Below, one piece after another: positions 27,483-43,846 of a DNA stretch of 64,000 nt. The stretch is from the human T2T-CHM13v2.0 reference genome, Homo sapiens. The first letter of the stretch is position 1, and each line of letters opens with the position of its first letter. Below the pieces are notes generated by a model, which made no database searches, was not told the origin of the DNA, and was given only the letters and a program-made list of their open reading frames with translations. The DNA lies in the NCBI RefSeq assembly GCF_009914755.1, contig NC_060932.1. The stretch is one strand, 5' to 3'. The translations under genes and the position numbers were made by a program.

Positions 27483-28288
27483 GCTGAGTCAGCAAAGATC
27501 TCTGAGAGGGGAAGGCCTGAATGATGTGTAGCCAGCTGTGCTAAAATCAGGACAAGCATGATTTTAGCTGTGAAAAGATTCTGAAGAGGGAACAAGCTTG
27601 GCATGTTGGAGTAACAGGGAGAAGACCAGTAGGTGGTGAGTGGGGAGACAGAGGTAGAAGAGGTGGAAGAAGAGGGCTGAGAAGTACAATCCCCCCTTGA
27701 CTGGTCTTCTTCCTCTTTTGTTCCTTTGTACTTTATTTCCCACAAGGAAGCTAAACTGATCTCATTAAGGTAGAAATTAGTTTATGTTGCTTTCTCCAAT
27801 GGCTCCTATAGCACTTAGAATAAAGCCCCTGCTTCTTACCCTTGCCCTCAAGGTCTGCAGGAACTGCCCCCTGAACAATGCATTATAAGTGGACACAGTG
27901 GCGGTAGCATGGCTAGTTGGGAGGTCATTATAGTCACCTAGGGAAGAAATGGTGGTGGCTTGGCCTAAGGTGGTTATAGTGGAGATGGAAAGGAACTGTT
28001 CGGGGAGGAACAATCAGTAGGTCTTTCTAAAAGGTTGGAAGAAGTAGGAAGTAAAGAAAAGAATCAAAGAGGGCATTGCCATTTTTGCCTGAGTAGTGGG
28101 TGAATCATGTTCTGAGAAGGAATACCATGGGGAATTGGCTGCTAAACCAAGGTTTTCTATTGGGCCATGTTAAATTAGAGAGGACTATTAGACAACCAAG
28201 TGGAGGTGTCAAGTGAACGATTAAATGTCAGAATCGAACTCAGAGAAGAGGTCCTCTCTTGGAACTGGAGATACTAATTTAGGGGTAG

Positions 28289-28833
28289 TGTTAGTGTTCA
28301 TTTGCCTGTTGGCACTCTGATTCATTTCCTGCTCTTTCATGCTCTACTCTGTATGGCTTGAGGATGAGGTGCTACCAGGAGAGTGGGGTGTGCAAGGTTG
28401 ACCCACACAAACTACATCTCCCAAGCTTCCTTGCCAACTGGCCTCTGGGAAAGTTTGGCCAATGGAAGACACTGGCAAAAGACCGCAGTCAGTAGGAGAG
28501 GAAAAGCCAGAGTACTTTCCCCTGTCTTTGCTCTGGGCAACATCTCTAGCATGAATGCACTTCCTCTGTAGTTAAGTCACCACCAGGCAAGCCCTCCTGC
28601 ATGGCCCTAGCTCCCACTATTCCTAAACTCTTATAACTCCACTTTCCTCCTTGGTTTCTCTACTCCTAGGGAGGCATCAACTTCCTGATGTTGGTATTCT
28701 CTGAGTTATTTCCCTGTCTCCAGTTTGCCCTTACAACTTTGTCAACATCTTTGCAACTGACTGGTATTAAATTCTCTCTATTGCACTACCAGGTGTGGGT
28801 TCTGTTTTCCTTCCTGGACCCCTGGTGATGACA
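28289..28833 (+). mobile_element. ERVL LTR (LTR33-like) inserted in L2
   Basis: aaactacatctcccaagcttccttgccaactggc...tttggccaatggaagacactggc, TG...CA ends. Confidence 0.6.
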
Positions 28834-28990
28834 CAGGAGTGAACAGCATATAGATGGTATTAAAAGCCATGGGATTAGATGAGATTATTTACACAGGTAA
28901 GTACAGTAGCACCCTCGCTTATCCAAAGGGGATACATTCCAAGGCCCCCAGTGGATGCCTAAAACCATGGAGATACCTAGCCCTACACTG

Positions 28991-29770
<780 letters not shown>

Positions 29771-30310
29771 ACTGTAAAAACTATGTTTTTTCCTACACTT
29801 ACATACCTATGATAAAGTTTGATTTACAAATTAGACACAGTAAGATATCAGCAACAACAATAATAAAACAGAACAGTCATAACAATATAGTGTTCATGAT
29901 TTCACAGAAGACTCATTTTGACCTTAGATCTCAGCAACCTCAGTATACAATATTTTTCTTTCCTTATAAAGTTGGCAACTTTCACCTTTTCACTTAAAGG
30001 AAGCACTTTATGGCTCTTCTTTGCATCTCTAAATTATCAGCATCACTACTCTTGCACTTTAGGGCCATTATTAACCAAAATAAGAGTTACTTGAGCACAA
30101 GCACTGTGATACTGTGTCCGTTGATCTGATAACCAAGATGGCTACTCAGTGACTACGCAGTGGAGAGTGTCTACAGCATGGGGACATGAGACAAAGGGAG
30201 GATTCATGTCCCGGGTGGGATGCAGCAAAATGGCAGATTTCATCACACTACTCAGAACTACACATAGTTCAAAACTTATGAATTGTTTATTTCCAGAATC
30301 TTGCATTTAA

Positions 30311-30605
30311 TTTTTTTTTTTGAGACAGGGTCTTGCTCTGTTGCCCAGGCTGGAATGCAGTGGTACAATCTCAGCTCACTGCATCCTCTGCCCCCACCAG
30401 GTTCAAGCGATTCTCCTGTCTTTGCCTCCCGAGTAGCTGGGATTACAGGCACCCACCACCATGCCGAGCTAATTTTTGTATTTTTAGTAGAGGTGGTGTT
30501 TCACCATGTTGGTCAGGCTGGTGTCTAACTCCTGACCTCAGGTGATCCACCCGCCGTGGCCTCCCAAAGTGCTGGGAATACAGGCATGAGCCACCACGCT
30601 TGGCC
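30311..30605 (-). mobile_element. Alu (AluS-like) inside MER44
   Basis: Full dimer with T-tail. Confidence 0.95.
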
Positions 30606-31437
30606 TATTTAATATTTTTGGACAGCAGTTGGCCTCAGGTAACTGAAACTGTGGAAAGTGAAATTGCAGGTGGGGGGACTACTGCAAATAGAGAAGGATG
30701 GTCCTGGGTCTGCCTTCTAGCAGTGTGACTATCTTTTTAGGTGAACCAGTACCTGATTCACTGTTGAGCACTGGTTTGCCATGTTGGCAGATGCTTTGCA
30801 GATAACACAATCTTTCATTGCAAGGGAGGAAAGTCCCCATAATGCACCACTGACACATTTTTGAGAAAATTAATAGGTAGGTAAAGTATCCTCTTCTACC
30901 TGGTCATTAATAACATAAAATCTGAACTGTTTTTAAAATAGAACATAGTAGTTGGGTGGAGGAGTAAGAAGTATTTGAATATCAGGAAGTGCCACTATTA
31001 TCTGTGTTTACAATGGGAACATATCAGCAAATAAAGCAGTGAGTAATTCTCCCACTTGTAGCTTTGTCCTAAAGTCATTGAAAGCATGATTTTTGCCAAC
31101 CTTAATTACATTCTGCTTCAGTAAATGCCAGAGTATGCTTGAATTCCTCTGTCGAGATCAATTACAGGGACGAGCAGTAAAGAGGGTAAAAACGTAGACA
31201 ACTTGGCTCTATGTCAGATCCAGGACTTAGAGATCATGAAGTTTCCTTTTCTGATAACCCCACATCTTAGTCCTTTATGCTTTTAGTATCTGTTACCCGT
31301 TTTTTTCACTTAGCTCATTTTTTTCATGTGTAAAATAAAGATAATAATATCCACCACATTGGCTTCTTGGGAATTCAATGAGGCAATGGAAGTGATGCAC
31401 TTAGCACTATATCTGGCCTCTGGGAGATGCTCAATAC

Positions 31438-31712
31438 CCACACCTGTAATCCTAGCACTTTGGGAGGCCGAGGTGGGAAGATTGCTTGAGCCCAGAGTTG
31501 AGACCAGCCTGGCAACATAGTGAGACCCTGTCTCTACAAAAAACTTTAAAAAAAAATTAGCTGGGCATGGTGTCATGAGCCTATTGTCCTAGCTACTTGG
31601 GAGGCTGAGGTGGGACAATCACTGAAGCTTAGGAGATGGAGGCTGCAGTGAGCCATGATGGCACCACTGGACTCCAGCCTGGGCAACAGAGCGAGATTAT
31701 GTCTAAAAAAAA
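31438..31712 (+). mobile_element. 5'-truncated AluJ next to a MIR
   Basis: Begins cacacctgtaatcctagc and has J-type positions. Confidence 0.9.
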
Positions 31713-31807
31713 ACGATAATTTATTCTTCTCCCAAATACTTCCTGAGCACTTTGCTGGGCACAATTTCAGTCCCTGGGAAGAGACAGACAATAACAAATA
31801 AGTTATA

Positions 31808-32159
31808 TAGTCATGTGCTATGTAACATTGTTTGTGTCAATGATGGATGGCATATATGATGGTGGTCTTATAAGATTATATTACCATATTTTTGCTGTAC
31901 TCTTTCTAAGTTTATATATCTTTACATACATTAATACGTAATGTTGTGTTACAGTTGCCTACAGTATTCAGTATGGTAACATGCTGTACAGGTTTGTAGC
32001 CTAGGAGTCATAGGCTATACCATATAGCCTAGGCATGTAGCAGGCGATGTCATCTAGGTTTATTTAAGTTCACTCTATGCTGTTTGTACAACAACAGAAT
32101 TGCCCAATTATGCATTTCTCAGACCATATCCTCATCATTAAATAATGCATGAGTGACTG
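31808..32159. mobile_element. Tigger3a/MER7A-like DNA transposon
   Basis: tagtcatg...tgactg ends. catgctgtacaggtttgtagcctaggag core. Confidence 0.85.
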
Positions 32160-32459
32160 TGTGTCAGTGAAAAGGTGACATTTGCGCAGAGTTGAAGGTT
32201 GGTGAGGGATTGAGCCATGGTGTGTGGGGAAGGGGAACCAGGGCCTTGGGGGATCTGGGAAGCATTGCAGGCAGAAGGAACAGCAATTGCCAAGGCCTAG
32301 AGTGTAGCCAAGGAGCAAGTGAGCTAGAGAGTAGAGTGGTGGGTAGTCAGGGCTGTATCCATGAGCCAGACCGCATATGTATGGCCTTGTAGTCATTGTG
32401 ATGACTTTGAGGAGCAGGATTTTGAGCCAAGATGTGACATGATCTGACCTATGCTTAAA

Positions 32460-32650
32460 ATTGGTTCTCAAACCTCAGCAGGGATCAGAATCATCAGGAG
32501 GTCTTGTTAAAATACAGATTTCTGGGCCCCAGCCCTGGAGATTCTGATTCTGAGAAACTCGTGGGTGGAACCTGAGAATGTGCATTTCCAACAAGTTTCT
32601 CAGGTGCAGCGGCTGCTGCTCGAGCAGGGACTCCTTTTTGAGAAGCAGTG
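32460..32650. mobile_element. MER5A-like hAT element
   Basis: tggttctcaaac...cagaatcatcaggaggtcttgttaaaatacagatt...tttgagaagcagtg. Confidence 0.8.
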
Positions 32651-33143
32651 CGTCAAAGGGATCACTGTGATTTTACTTGGATTACCATGTTGACAATAGG
32701 CTAATTGGAGGTGGCAGAGGTGAGCAAAAACACAACAGGGAGACTAGTAAAGCTATTGCAGGACTCAAGGAGAGAGACAATCATGGTGATAGAAGTGGTC
32801 AGATTCTGGAGAGCCAGGGTAGCCTCAAAGTCAGGAAATCCAGATGAATACATAATAAATGGTCTGTTGATGTTACATTACAATATCTGATAACATAATA
32901 TAATCTGTGTTTTCAGGCTTTATGGTCATTCCATTTTTTGAAGATCTAACCAACCAGATTTGCTAACAAATCCTGGGTGACCCTCTCTTCTTCTTCCAGA
33001 TGGCCACACATTCCATTATCCTCTCCTCTTCTCAGGATATCGGGAACTACTGTCATTATCCATTCCCTCAATCAACCTCACTCCTTTTCCTTCACTCCTT
33101 TAGCTTTTAACATTATACCTTGTCTGGCTTTGTGTTGATGGAT

Positions 33144-33184
33144 GATATAGATATAGATGTAGATATAGATGTAGATATAGATAT
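33144..33184. repeat. (GATATA/GATGTA)n simple repeat
   Basis: Seen directly. Confidence 0.9.
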
Positions 33185-35900
33185 CTACTTTTGCCTTCAG
33201 TTCTAATTATACTGAGGACCTAGATTATGTTTGATTCACTTTGCCATCCCCACCCCACATACCCCCAAACCTCCTCACCCCCTTCTGCTTCCCATCCTCA
33301 CTACCACTACCATTCTTAGTACTAGCCAAGTTCCAAACGTTGCATGCATCATCAGATCTCCTCCATTTCTCTGTGAAATTTGGTGGGATCCCATATATTT
33401 GGGACATTCAGCCAAGCAAAACAAAACAAACAAATGACCGATGTCCTGTCAAGTCTAAAGAGAGTTGAAGGAACTAGGTGTCCACAGATACTTGTTAAAC
33501 CCTGGGCTTGTACTTCACCTCCTTAAGGCACAGAAAGTGCTCTGATGAATTTACAGTTTTCTTCCAGATACATTTTAGCATTTGGCAGATAAATATTTAG
33601 CATTTAAACAGGGAGCTGATTAGTGTTTTTTTCCCTTTGTTCTTTCAATATTTCCGCCATTGTGCCACATAATCACCACGCTGGATCCAGGCTGTCCCTG
33701 AGATCAAAAACTACCCTTTTTATGACCCGTTCTCCCATTTATGTGAAGGAGGCTGGGCTGTAAACATGGTATGAAAAAAATTCTTATATGCCATCTTGAT
33801 TGCTAACATCTGTTCAAATTTCCATTCATAAATTTAAAATTCAGGCTTCTGTAGCCATCTGTTTTCTCACAACAATCTGAAAAGAAGAAAAGCCCAAGGC
33901 AGATGTGCGGTTGGGAGAAGAGCTTCTGCCCGGCTTGGCCAACTTTTGAGAGTTTTTACTTTGTTTTTGTTTTTCCTCCCTAGCAGGGTAGGCATGACTT
34001 TTCTCCCTTCAGGGAGATTTCAGTCCCCGTGTCTCAGTTTCCTGTTAGACAGTGGGGTTAGAAAATGGCTTTTATCTCTCTGTCCTTCCTAATTCCCTCT
34101 GTCTCCCTCTTCCCCCACTCTCTGTCTTTCTGTCTCTTTCCCACGTGTATGTGCACATGTGTGTGTGCACATACACTCACAAAAATGCCCATCTATGAAC
34201 AAGAGGTAGGAACTGAAAACTTTCTGCTGACTTTCTTAAAGTTGCCCAACAATCTCAGCACACGCTGGTGAGCTAGAACCCACTGCTTGCCTGGATCATA
34301 GGCAATTTTCTGGCTTGGTGGGCCTCTCATTGGGAATTTCTCCACGGATTACTTCGGCATAGCTAATGGATATGATTTGGCAGCTGCAGGATCCAGATGC
34401 CAAGCCAGGCAATGGCCCTTTTTTATTTTGCTCTTGGCAGTGTCATCTATGTCTAAGGGACTGGGCTTCTTCTAAAGCCACCTGGCTTTGTTCCAGCAGT
34501 GCTGTTGCAACAACTGTGAAATGCCTTCGAAAGCTGACATGACATTTTGGAGGCCTGCTGGGCTACAGTACTCTCCTAAATGGGACCTAGCTTGGGACTC
34601 ACTTTTAGCATCAAATACTTTTTTTTCCCCCAGTTTATGTTGAGAAACAAGTTCTCAGCAAACCACATTCAAAGTCTATTTTGCATCCTAATGTCCACTC
34701 TGAAAACCTCAGCACTATGGATCAAGGCTCCACCCATCCCAAACTTGAGTTTAACAGTTCTGCACGCAAGCTGGTGGTTTGTGGGATCATCTTGCTGGGT
34801 TATATGTGCTCATTTTCACTTTACTCTGACATTGCATTTATATATAACTCATGACTGATGTCCTGGGCCTCACTGTGTGACAAGTCGTTTAACCATTCTG
34901 AGCCTGACTTTCTAAAATGTCAGTGGAATAGAAGATATTGATACCTTACCTCCCCTTGCTTGCTAATGAGTGGATCACTGGGGTGTAAGGAAGGGCCTGA
35001 CAGGCATTGATGATGTGGGAATACTTGACTTATAAATTACCCATACTTCTGAACAGCTGTTATCCCCACATCAGAGCTGCCCCAGCCATTGATTTCATCA
35101 GGGCCTCCCACACTGTCGCTGAAGCCTCTCTAGTATCTACTTCCCCTCTCTGCTCTCTGTATCGTTCTCCTGTCCTCTTCCCCTACTCCCTAGACTCCTC
35201 AGCGCTCAAGATTGAGGAGTACTCAGAGACAGAGACAAGGTCACTGGAGCAGAGATGACAAATATCTGGTTTATGGTCTTCTTTTCCTATTTCTTCAGAC
35301 ATCATTAATTGATTCTAGTATGCACTCCTTCTAAGGCCAACCTCAGAATTCTTCTCCAGACAGGTATCCCTGCAGCCACAAGTAATCAGTTGGAATTGGG
35401 TTGGGAGATTAAACTTATCTACCATCTTCTATCTAGAGGGACACTGGTATTGGGGCCACAGTGGCTCTGAATCAGCCATGTTGTGAGTTAAATAGTTTTG
35501 GTCTACTTAGATAGGTTGGCCTAAGGAACCAAACCTAACCTTAATACTGTAATACTGTTTTGGGGGGAAACACATTTGGAACTTGAAACATTATCTTAGA
35601 AGGGAGCTTTTGGAAAGCCACTGGCACCTAAATCAGAGTTCACCTGTACTTGGTTATGGCATGATGAGAGTGGCACGTGGGTAGAGGCTGAGAGCATGGA
35701 CTGCTTGGTTGTAATCCTGGCTGTGCCTCTTAACTGGCTGGCTGACTGGGCAAGTTAAAGTTAACTAACGTCTCTGTGGCTTACTTCTTTTGTCTGTAAA
35801 ATAGAGATGTTAATAGGATCATCCTCCTCATAGGATTACTGTGATGATTAAAAATACATTATTTGTAAAGCACTTAGAACAATGCCTGGCATACAGAAGG

Positions 35901-36218
35901 TTTTTTTTAATTTTTATTTTTATTTATTTATTTTTTTTGAGACAGTCTCGCTCTGTTGCCAAGGCTGGAGTACAGTAGTATGATCTTGGCTCACTGCAAC
36001 CTCGGCCTCCCAGGTTCAAGGAATTCTCCTGCCTCAGCCTCCTGAGTAGCCGGGCCTACAGGCGCATGCCACCACGGCCGGCTGTTTTTTGTACTTTTAG
36101 TAGAGATGGGGTTTCTCCATGTTGGTCAGGCAGGTCTTGAACTCCTGACCTCAGGTGATCCACCCGCCTCAGCCTCCTAAAGTGCTGGGATTATAGGCAT
36201 GAGCCACCGCGCCCAGCC
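35901..36218 (-). mobile_element. Alu (AluS-like)
   Basis: Full dimer following a MIR at ~35660-35895. Confidence 0.95.
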
Positions 36219-37049
36219 AGACGTTTCTTATATATATTCTTATTTTAAACCCAGAATTTAGCAGCTTATTTTTGACCTCATATATATTCTTATATTGTAG
36301 TATAAGAAATTGTGAATAAAAAAACCAAATTCTAATCTGAACTGGAAGGCTATATCTGTTTTCATCTTCTTTATGAAACAAGAAAAACAGAGATGATCAC
36401 AAATTTTGTATTTGTAGAACATACATGCTGTTGGCATCTATTAAATCATTTATTCCACACTTTCCAGATATATTAACTCATTTAATCCTCCCAATTGCCT
36501 TTTGAGGCAGGATATTCATCCTCACTTTACAGGTGAGATTACTGAGGCATTTCTACATGGTATTACAATTTACCAATACAGTCATACAAACGCCTTAGAC
36601 ATCTCTCCAACACCTGTAGCAGAATCGGCAACCCTATGTCAGAGGCAAGGAGATGCTTTTCAGGGACTTTGCCTGAATGTCTTCAGTAACATCCATGTGT
36701 CCCAGTTGATAACAATGTAAGTTATTGAAGGTTGTGAATACCCACGCTATGGACTCTTTTTCCCTAATTGTGTTATTTAAATTTTACTTTAAAAGGTATC
36801 TTTTACTAGTACAGAAACAGGGCATGTACATTGTCACACATTTGAAAATAAAACAAGCAAAAATAAGAGAATAAAAAAGTATTCCCATTGCTCAGTGAGG
36901 ACTAGCACTAGGTTACTATGCTAGTACATTGTTTGTGTTTCTTTTTTTTTCCCACAAAATGAGAGCACCTGATACTACTGCTGTTCTATTCTCTGCTTTT
37001 TTTTTCAGTCACTGATCCACATTTTTCCATTTCAACACGTTTCATCTCA

Positions 37050-38870
<1,821 letters not shown>

Positions 38871-38879
38871 TTCTCTCTT

Positions 38880-39400
38880 TACATCACTTGGGCTCTAACA
38901 TGCCCTACTTGGCCAACCTACCATGTAGATGTCCTGTTCACTCTGCCCAAGCACTGCCGTCTCATACCAGGCAGGCCTGTCTGCATGGATGTCCTCCTCA
39001 ACTGATTGAGGCTCTGATGCTCCATGCCAGCCCCAGCTCACCCCAGTGTGAATGCCTTCCTCACTCCTCTTGTCCTCTGACACAATGCTGAGCCACTCTG
39101 CCTGCTGTGTGGGTGTCCTCCTTACGCTGCTCAGGCTGCCACACCCTATACTGGGCTACACTCCTGTGGGGGGAGGGATACCCTCCTCAATCCATTCTGG
39201 CTCTGACACCCCACACAGAGCCCTCCTCCCTCACAGAGACCCGTCTCACCCCACTCAGCCCTCAACACCTCACAAGAGGCAGCCCATCCACATAAATGTC
39301 CTTCTTACCATTTTTGGATAAGGCTACCTCATGCCAGGCCACCCCCTGTGGACACCCTCTAGGTCCCTGCCCTGGGCCATCATGGCTTACTACCCACTCC
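38880..39400. repeat. Degenerate ~60-bp tandem array, about 8 units
   Basis: A gatgtcctcctca-like core recurs at ~38928, 38988, 39051, 39112, 39177, 39238, 39295 and 39351. Confidence 0.75.
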
Positions 39401-39406
39401 CAGCCC

Positions 39407-39408
<2 letters not shown>

Positions 39409-39446
<38 letters not shown>
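39409..39446. repeat. (CA)19 microsatellite
   Basis: Pure CA run. Confidence 0.98.
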
Positions 39447-39451
<5 letters not shown>

Positions 39452-39799
39452 GCTCGATCAGCTTCATCTAATGACTTTTGCACAAATTATTCAGGAAGGA
39501 TAGAGGAAGGGAAAGAAGAAGAGAAGGGAACAGCATTGGCTCTTGAGGAAGGGAACACTGGCTCTTTACCACTAGGCCCCCTCTTCTTTTCAATGACTGA
39601 AACCCCAGACCCTTCCCTTAGCCATTGGCCGAATAAGATAATGCTTAGTGATTACCCCACAAATACCATGGGTTTGCTTTCTGTGGGTATTTGAGTAGGG
39701 GGAGGTGAGAGGAAGGGAGCCAGAAAAAGATTTCTATTATTCTTTCCCAAAGGATCTGGTGAGAAGAGATGCCAGTTTGCTAATAATTAGTGGGAGACA

Positions 39800-40183
39800 T
39801 TATTAATTTTCTAGGGATACCATAAAGAAGTGCCATAGACTGGGTGGCTTGAAAACAGAAATTTATTTCCTTAGAGTTCTGGAAGTTAGAATTCTGAGAT
39901 CAAGCTGTCAGCAGGGTTGGTTTCTTCTGAGGCCTCTCTCGTTGGCTTGTAGATGGCTGTCTTCTCCCTGTGTCTCCACAGTCTTCCCTCTGTGTATGTC
40001 TGTGGCCAGATCTTCTCTTCTAGTAAGGACACCAGTCATATTGGGTTAGCGTCCACCCTAATGACTTCAGTTTAACTTAGTTACTTCCTTAAAGACTATC
40101 TCCAAATACAGTCATGTGCTGAGATACTGGGGTTTAGGACCTCAGTGACGGAATCTGTAGTGGGAACATAATTCAGCCCAGAG
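39800..40183 (-). mobile_element. MLT1B-like MaLR LTR
   Basis: gactgggtggcttgaaaacagaaatttattt...taaggacaccagtcatattgg. Confidence 0.85.
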
Positions 40184-40889
40184 AAGGGACATCCTCCCCG
40201 AGGACACATTTTACATTCTTTTTTGTGTGGCAAGAGTGCCTTATGCACTGTATATTTTCAGGACTTCCTTATTTGAATGATTAATCTTCTCATAAAATCT
40301 TATTCTTTCTTATCCTTTCCTAGGAAAAATTCCTATTACCAAACATGGGAAAAGTCCTGAATAATTTATTGAGATACATAGGAGGTTTTTATCGTTGGGT
40401 TTCCAAATCATATGCATTAAAGCTAAGAGAGATGACATCAAAAGAAGGTCTGTATCTATTAAGGGGACCTGGAAGGTTTGCTACAGGGCCCACTTGAGGA
40501 GACAAAATGACTCACTTGTTCTTGCTTATGGAAAGACATCTGACTCAGGGATCCTTGGCTGTGTGCAGAAGTCAGAGATGCTGCCTAGTGGAATAGCAAG
40601 TGTGCTGCCCAGGGTTCTTGGAAACACTACAATCAGGGTGAGACTGAAAGAGAAAGCCAGGCTCAAGGTACCATGAAGTGTCAATCTAAAGAGATCCAGT
40701 TACCAGGACACAAGACAGAAGTAGAGATAAGGCACCAGAGCAAGAGGGTTTAGCATGGAAAGTACAAAGTGGAACCTGAACCAATTTTCTAAACCAATGG
40801 GACATAACTGTAGGAGCTGTTTACAGGACTTCAGCAGCTTTAGCCATGGGTGATGAGGGAGTTGTTAGACTGACCAAATCAATTCTGAT

Positions 40890-41259
40890 TGATACGATTT
40901 GGCTTTGTCCCCCCCAAATCTTATCCTGAACTGCAGTTCCCATAATCCCCACATATTGTGGGAGAGACTTTGTGCAAGGTGATTGAATCATGGAGGTGGT
41001 TACCCCCATGCTGTTCTCATGATAGTGAGTGAGTTCTCATGAGATCTGCTGATTTTATAAGGGGATTTTCCCTCTTTGCTCAGCACTTCTTCCTGCCTCC
41101 ATGTGAAGAAGGACGTGTTTGCTCCCCTTTCGGCCATGACTGTAAGTTTCCTGAGGCTTCCCCAGCCATGCAGAAGTGTGAGTCAATTAAACCTCTTTCC
41201 TTTATAAATTATCCAGTCTTGGGCAGTTCTTTATAGCAGGATGAGAACAGACTAATACA
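40890..41259 (+). mobile_element. THE1 solo LTR (THE1D-like)
   Basis: tgatacgatttggctttgtcccc...gactaataca. Flanks ctgat/ccaat. Confidence 0.92.
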
Positions 41260-41585
41260 CCAATACAATAAAAATCAAGACTCTTTTAAAAGCAAATGAC
41301 AGAAATGCTAACTCAAATAAACCTAAATATAAAATGAATTTATTGGTGCATGTAGCTGAAAAGGAGCAAATTTAGCTTCAGGCACAGCTGGATCTTGGGG
41401 TTCAGACGGTAGCAGCACTTTCTATCTGCTCTCTGCTTACCTCTACCTCCCTCCTTGGTTTGGCTACATTTTTTTCACTACGTATGGCTTTTCTGGTGTT
41501 GGGAAAGATGTTTGCAAATACAACAACTTCACTTTCCTCACCTGTCTAGAAGAATACACCCTCACTCTTCCAGCATCTATATTAA

Positions 41586-41881
41586 TTTTTTTTTGAGACA
41601 GAGTCTTACTCTATCACCTAGTTTGGAGTGCAGTGGCCTGATCACTGCTCACTGCAACCTCCACCTCCCAGGCCCAGGTGATCCTCCCCCCTCAGCCTCC
41701 TGAGTAGCTGGGGATACAAATGCACACCACCATACCCAGCTATTTTTTTGTGTGTATTTTTTGCAGAGAGGGGGTTTTGCCATGTTGCCCAGGCTGGTCT
41801 CCAACTCCTGGACTCAAGTGATCCACCCATCTTGGCCTCCCCAAATCCTGGGATTACAGATGTGAGCCACTGCTCCCAGCC
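41586..41881 (-). mobile_element. Alu (AluJ-like) inside an old MLT1-like element
   Basis: Full diverged dimer. Confidence 0.92.
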
Positions 41882-42568
41882 ATGTATTAAATTTTAAGGA
41901 AGAATCTGGCCCACTTTGGGTCACATACCTATTTGAAACTAATCACATGGTCTGCAAGATGGGCTATTCTGAGTGGTCATTCTGGGTCTGGGGCTGGGGA
42001 GGGATGGTATCAGAATCATATGGAAAGAGAGCAGAGGAGCTCTAGAAAGGTACAAAAGTGCTGTTACTAGAAAAATGGAGAATGAGTTCATGGTAGGCAA
42101 ATGCATTATCCATCACAGACAACTATATCCAAACCAGGGAGTACACACATTTTCCATGCCCAGGACACCTATCCTGACTTATTTTGTGTGCTACCTCATC
42201 CCTAACATGTAGGAGAATGACCCTAAAAGAATAACTCTGAAGGCTCCATAAGACATCCTGGAATTTCTTGCTAAGGCACTGGCATCCTTTTAAGTCAGGC
42301 CCTGTCTCTACCTGCTACACCAATGTCCACTCTGACCCATTTTTGCTTGTCATTTTAGTATACCTGAAGAAGCCAGTGAGCAGTTAGCTTGACTGCCGCA
42401 CATGTAGTAGGCAAAGTGCATCCAGGCTCAGCCACACAAAGAAATAAATCTTTGGGTCTCTGGTGAGATGGCTCCTGCCATACATGCCTACTGACTTTTT
42501 GCCTCTGGTAGAAAATGTTATAATCTACTCATGAATAAGGGGAGAAAATGTCAACTTGTCTTTCATTG

Positions 42569-42641
42569 CCCTTCCTTCCTTCCTTCCTTCTTTCCTTCCC
42601 CCTTCCTTCCCTCCCTCCCTGCCTTCCTCCCTCCTCCCTTC
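42569..42641. repeat. (CCTT/CCCT)n polypyrimidine tract
   Basis: Seen directly. Confidence 0.9.
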
Positions 42642-42769
42642 AAACTATCCATCCATTCATGCGTATGTATCTACCCATCTATCTTCCTTCTAAAGTCTTT
42701 GACACTTACATAGCATTCACTGTGTGCCAGGCACCATTCTAAGTGCTTTTTTTTAAAAAAAATTATTTT

Positions 42770-43159
<390 letters not shown>

Positions 43160-43540
43160 TTATGAAAGTCCACAGGTTGATCTTGAAGATTTGAAGAGTC
43201 AACGTAATCAACAATTAAAACTAACAAGGAGAAACTTAGCTTAGAAAAAATCAAGACTACCGTAGAAGAAGAAGGGGTTGGGGGGAAGAAGGAGGAGGAG
43301 GAAAAGAGGAAAAAGAGAAAATGTTACGTACATACTCACTGAAGTGTTTAGCCTCTGAGTCTTTTGAAAATCGTAATTCAAGACACTCTTCTGGATTACT
43401 TGAATTGGATATAAATAGATTGAATTCAATCAATGTTATTAAGGGTCTTCTATGTGATAAATACTGTGCTAAAAAATGTACCCAACTTATTTGTGCTTAG
43501 TGAATGACACAGTTCCTGCTATTATAAAATATACTGTCTA

Positions 43541-43846
<306 letters not shown>

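Noticed and set aside
38880-39400. CRISPR-like array
   Set aside because: Units are diverged along their whole length, with no constant-repeat/unique-spacer pattern and no cas genes, in a primate genome context.
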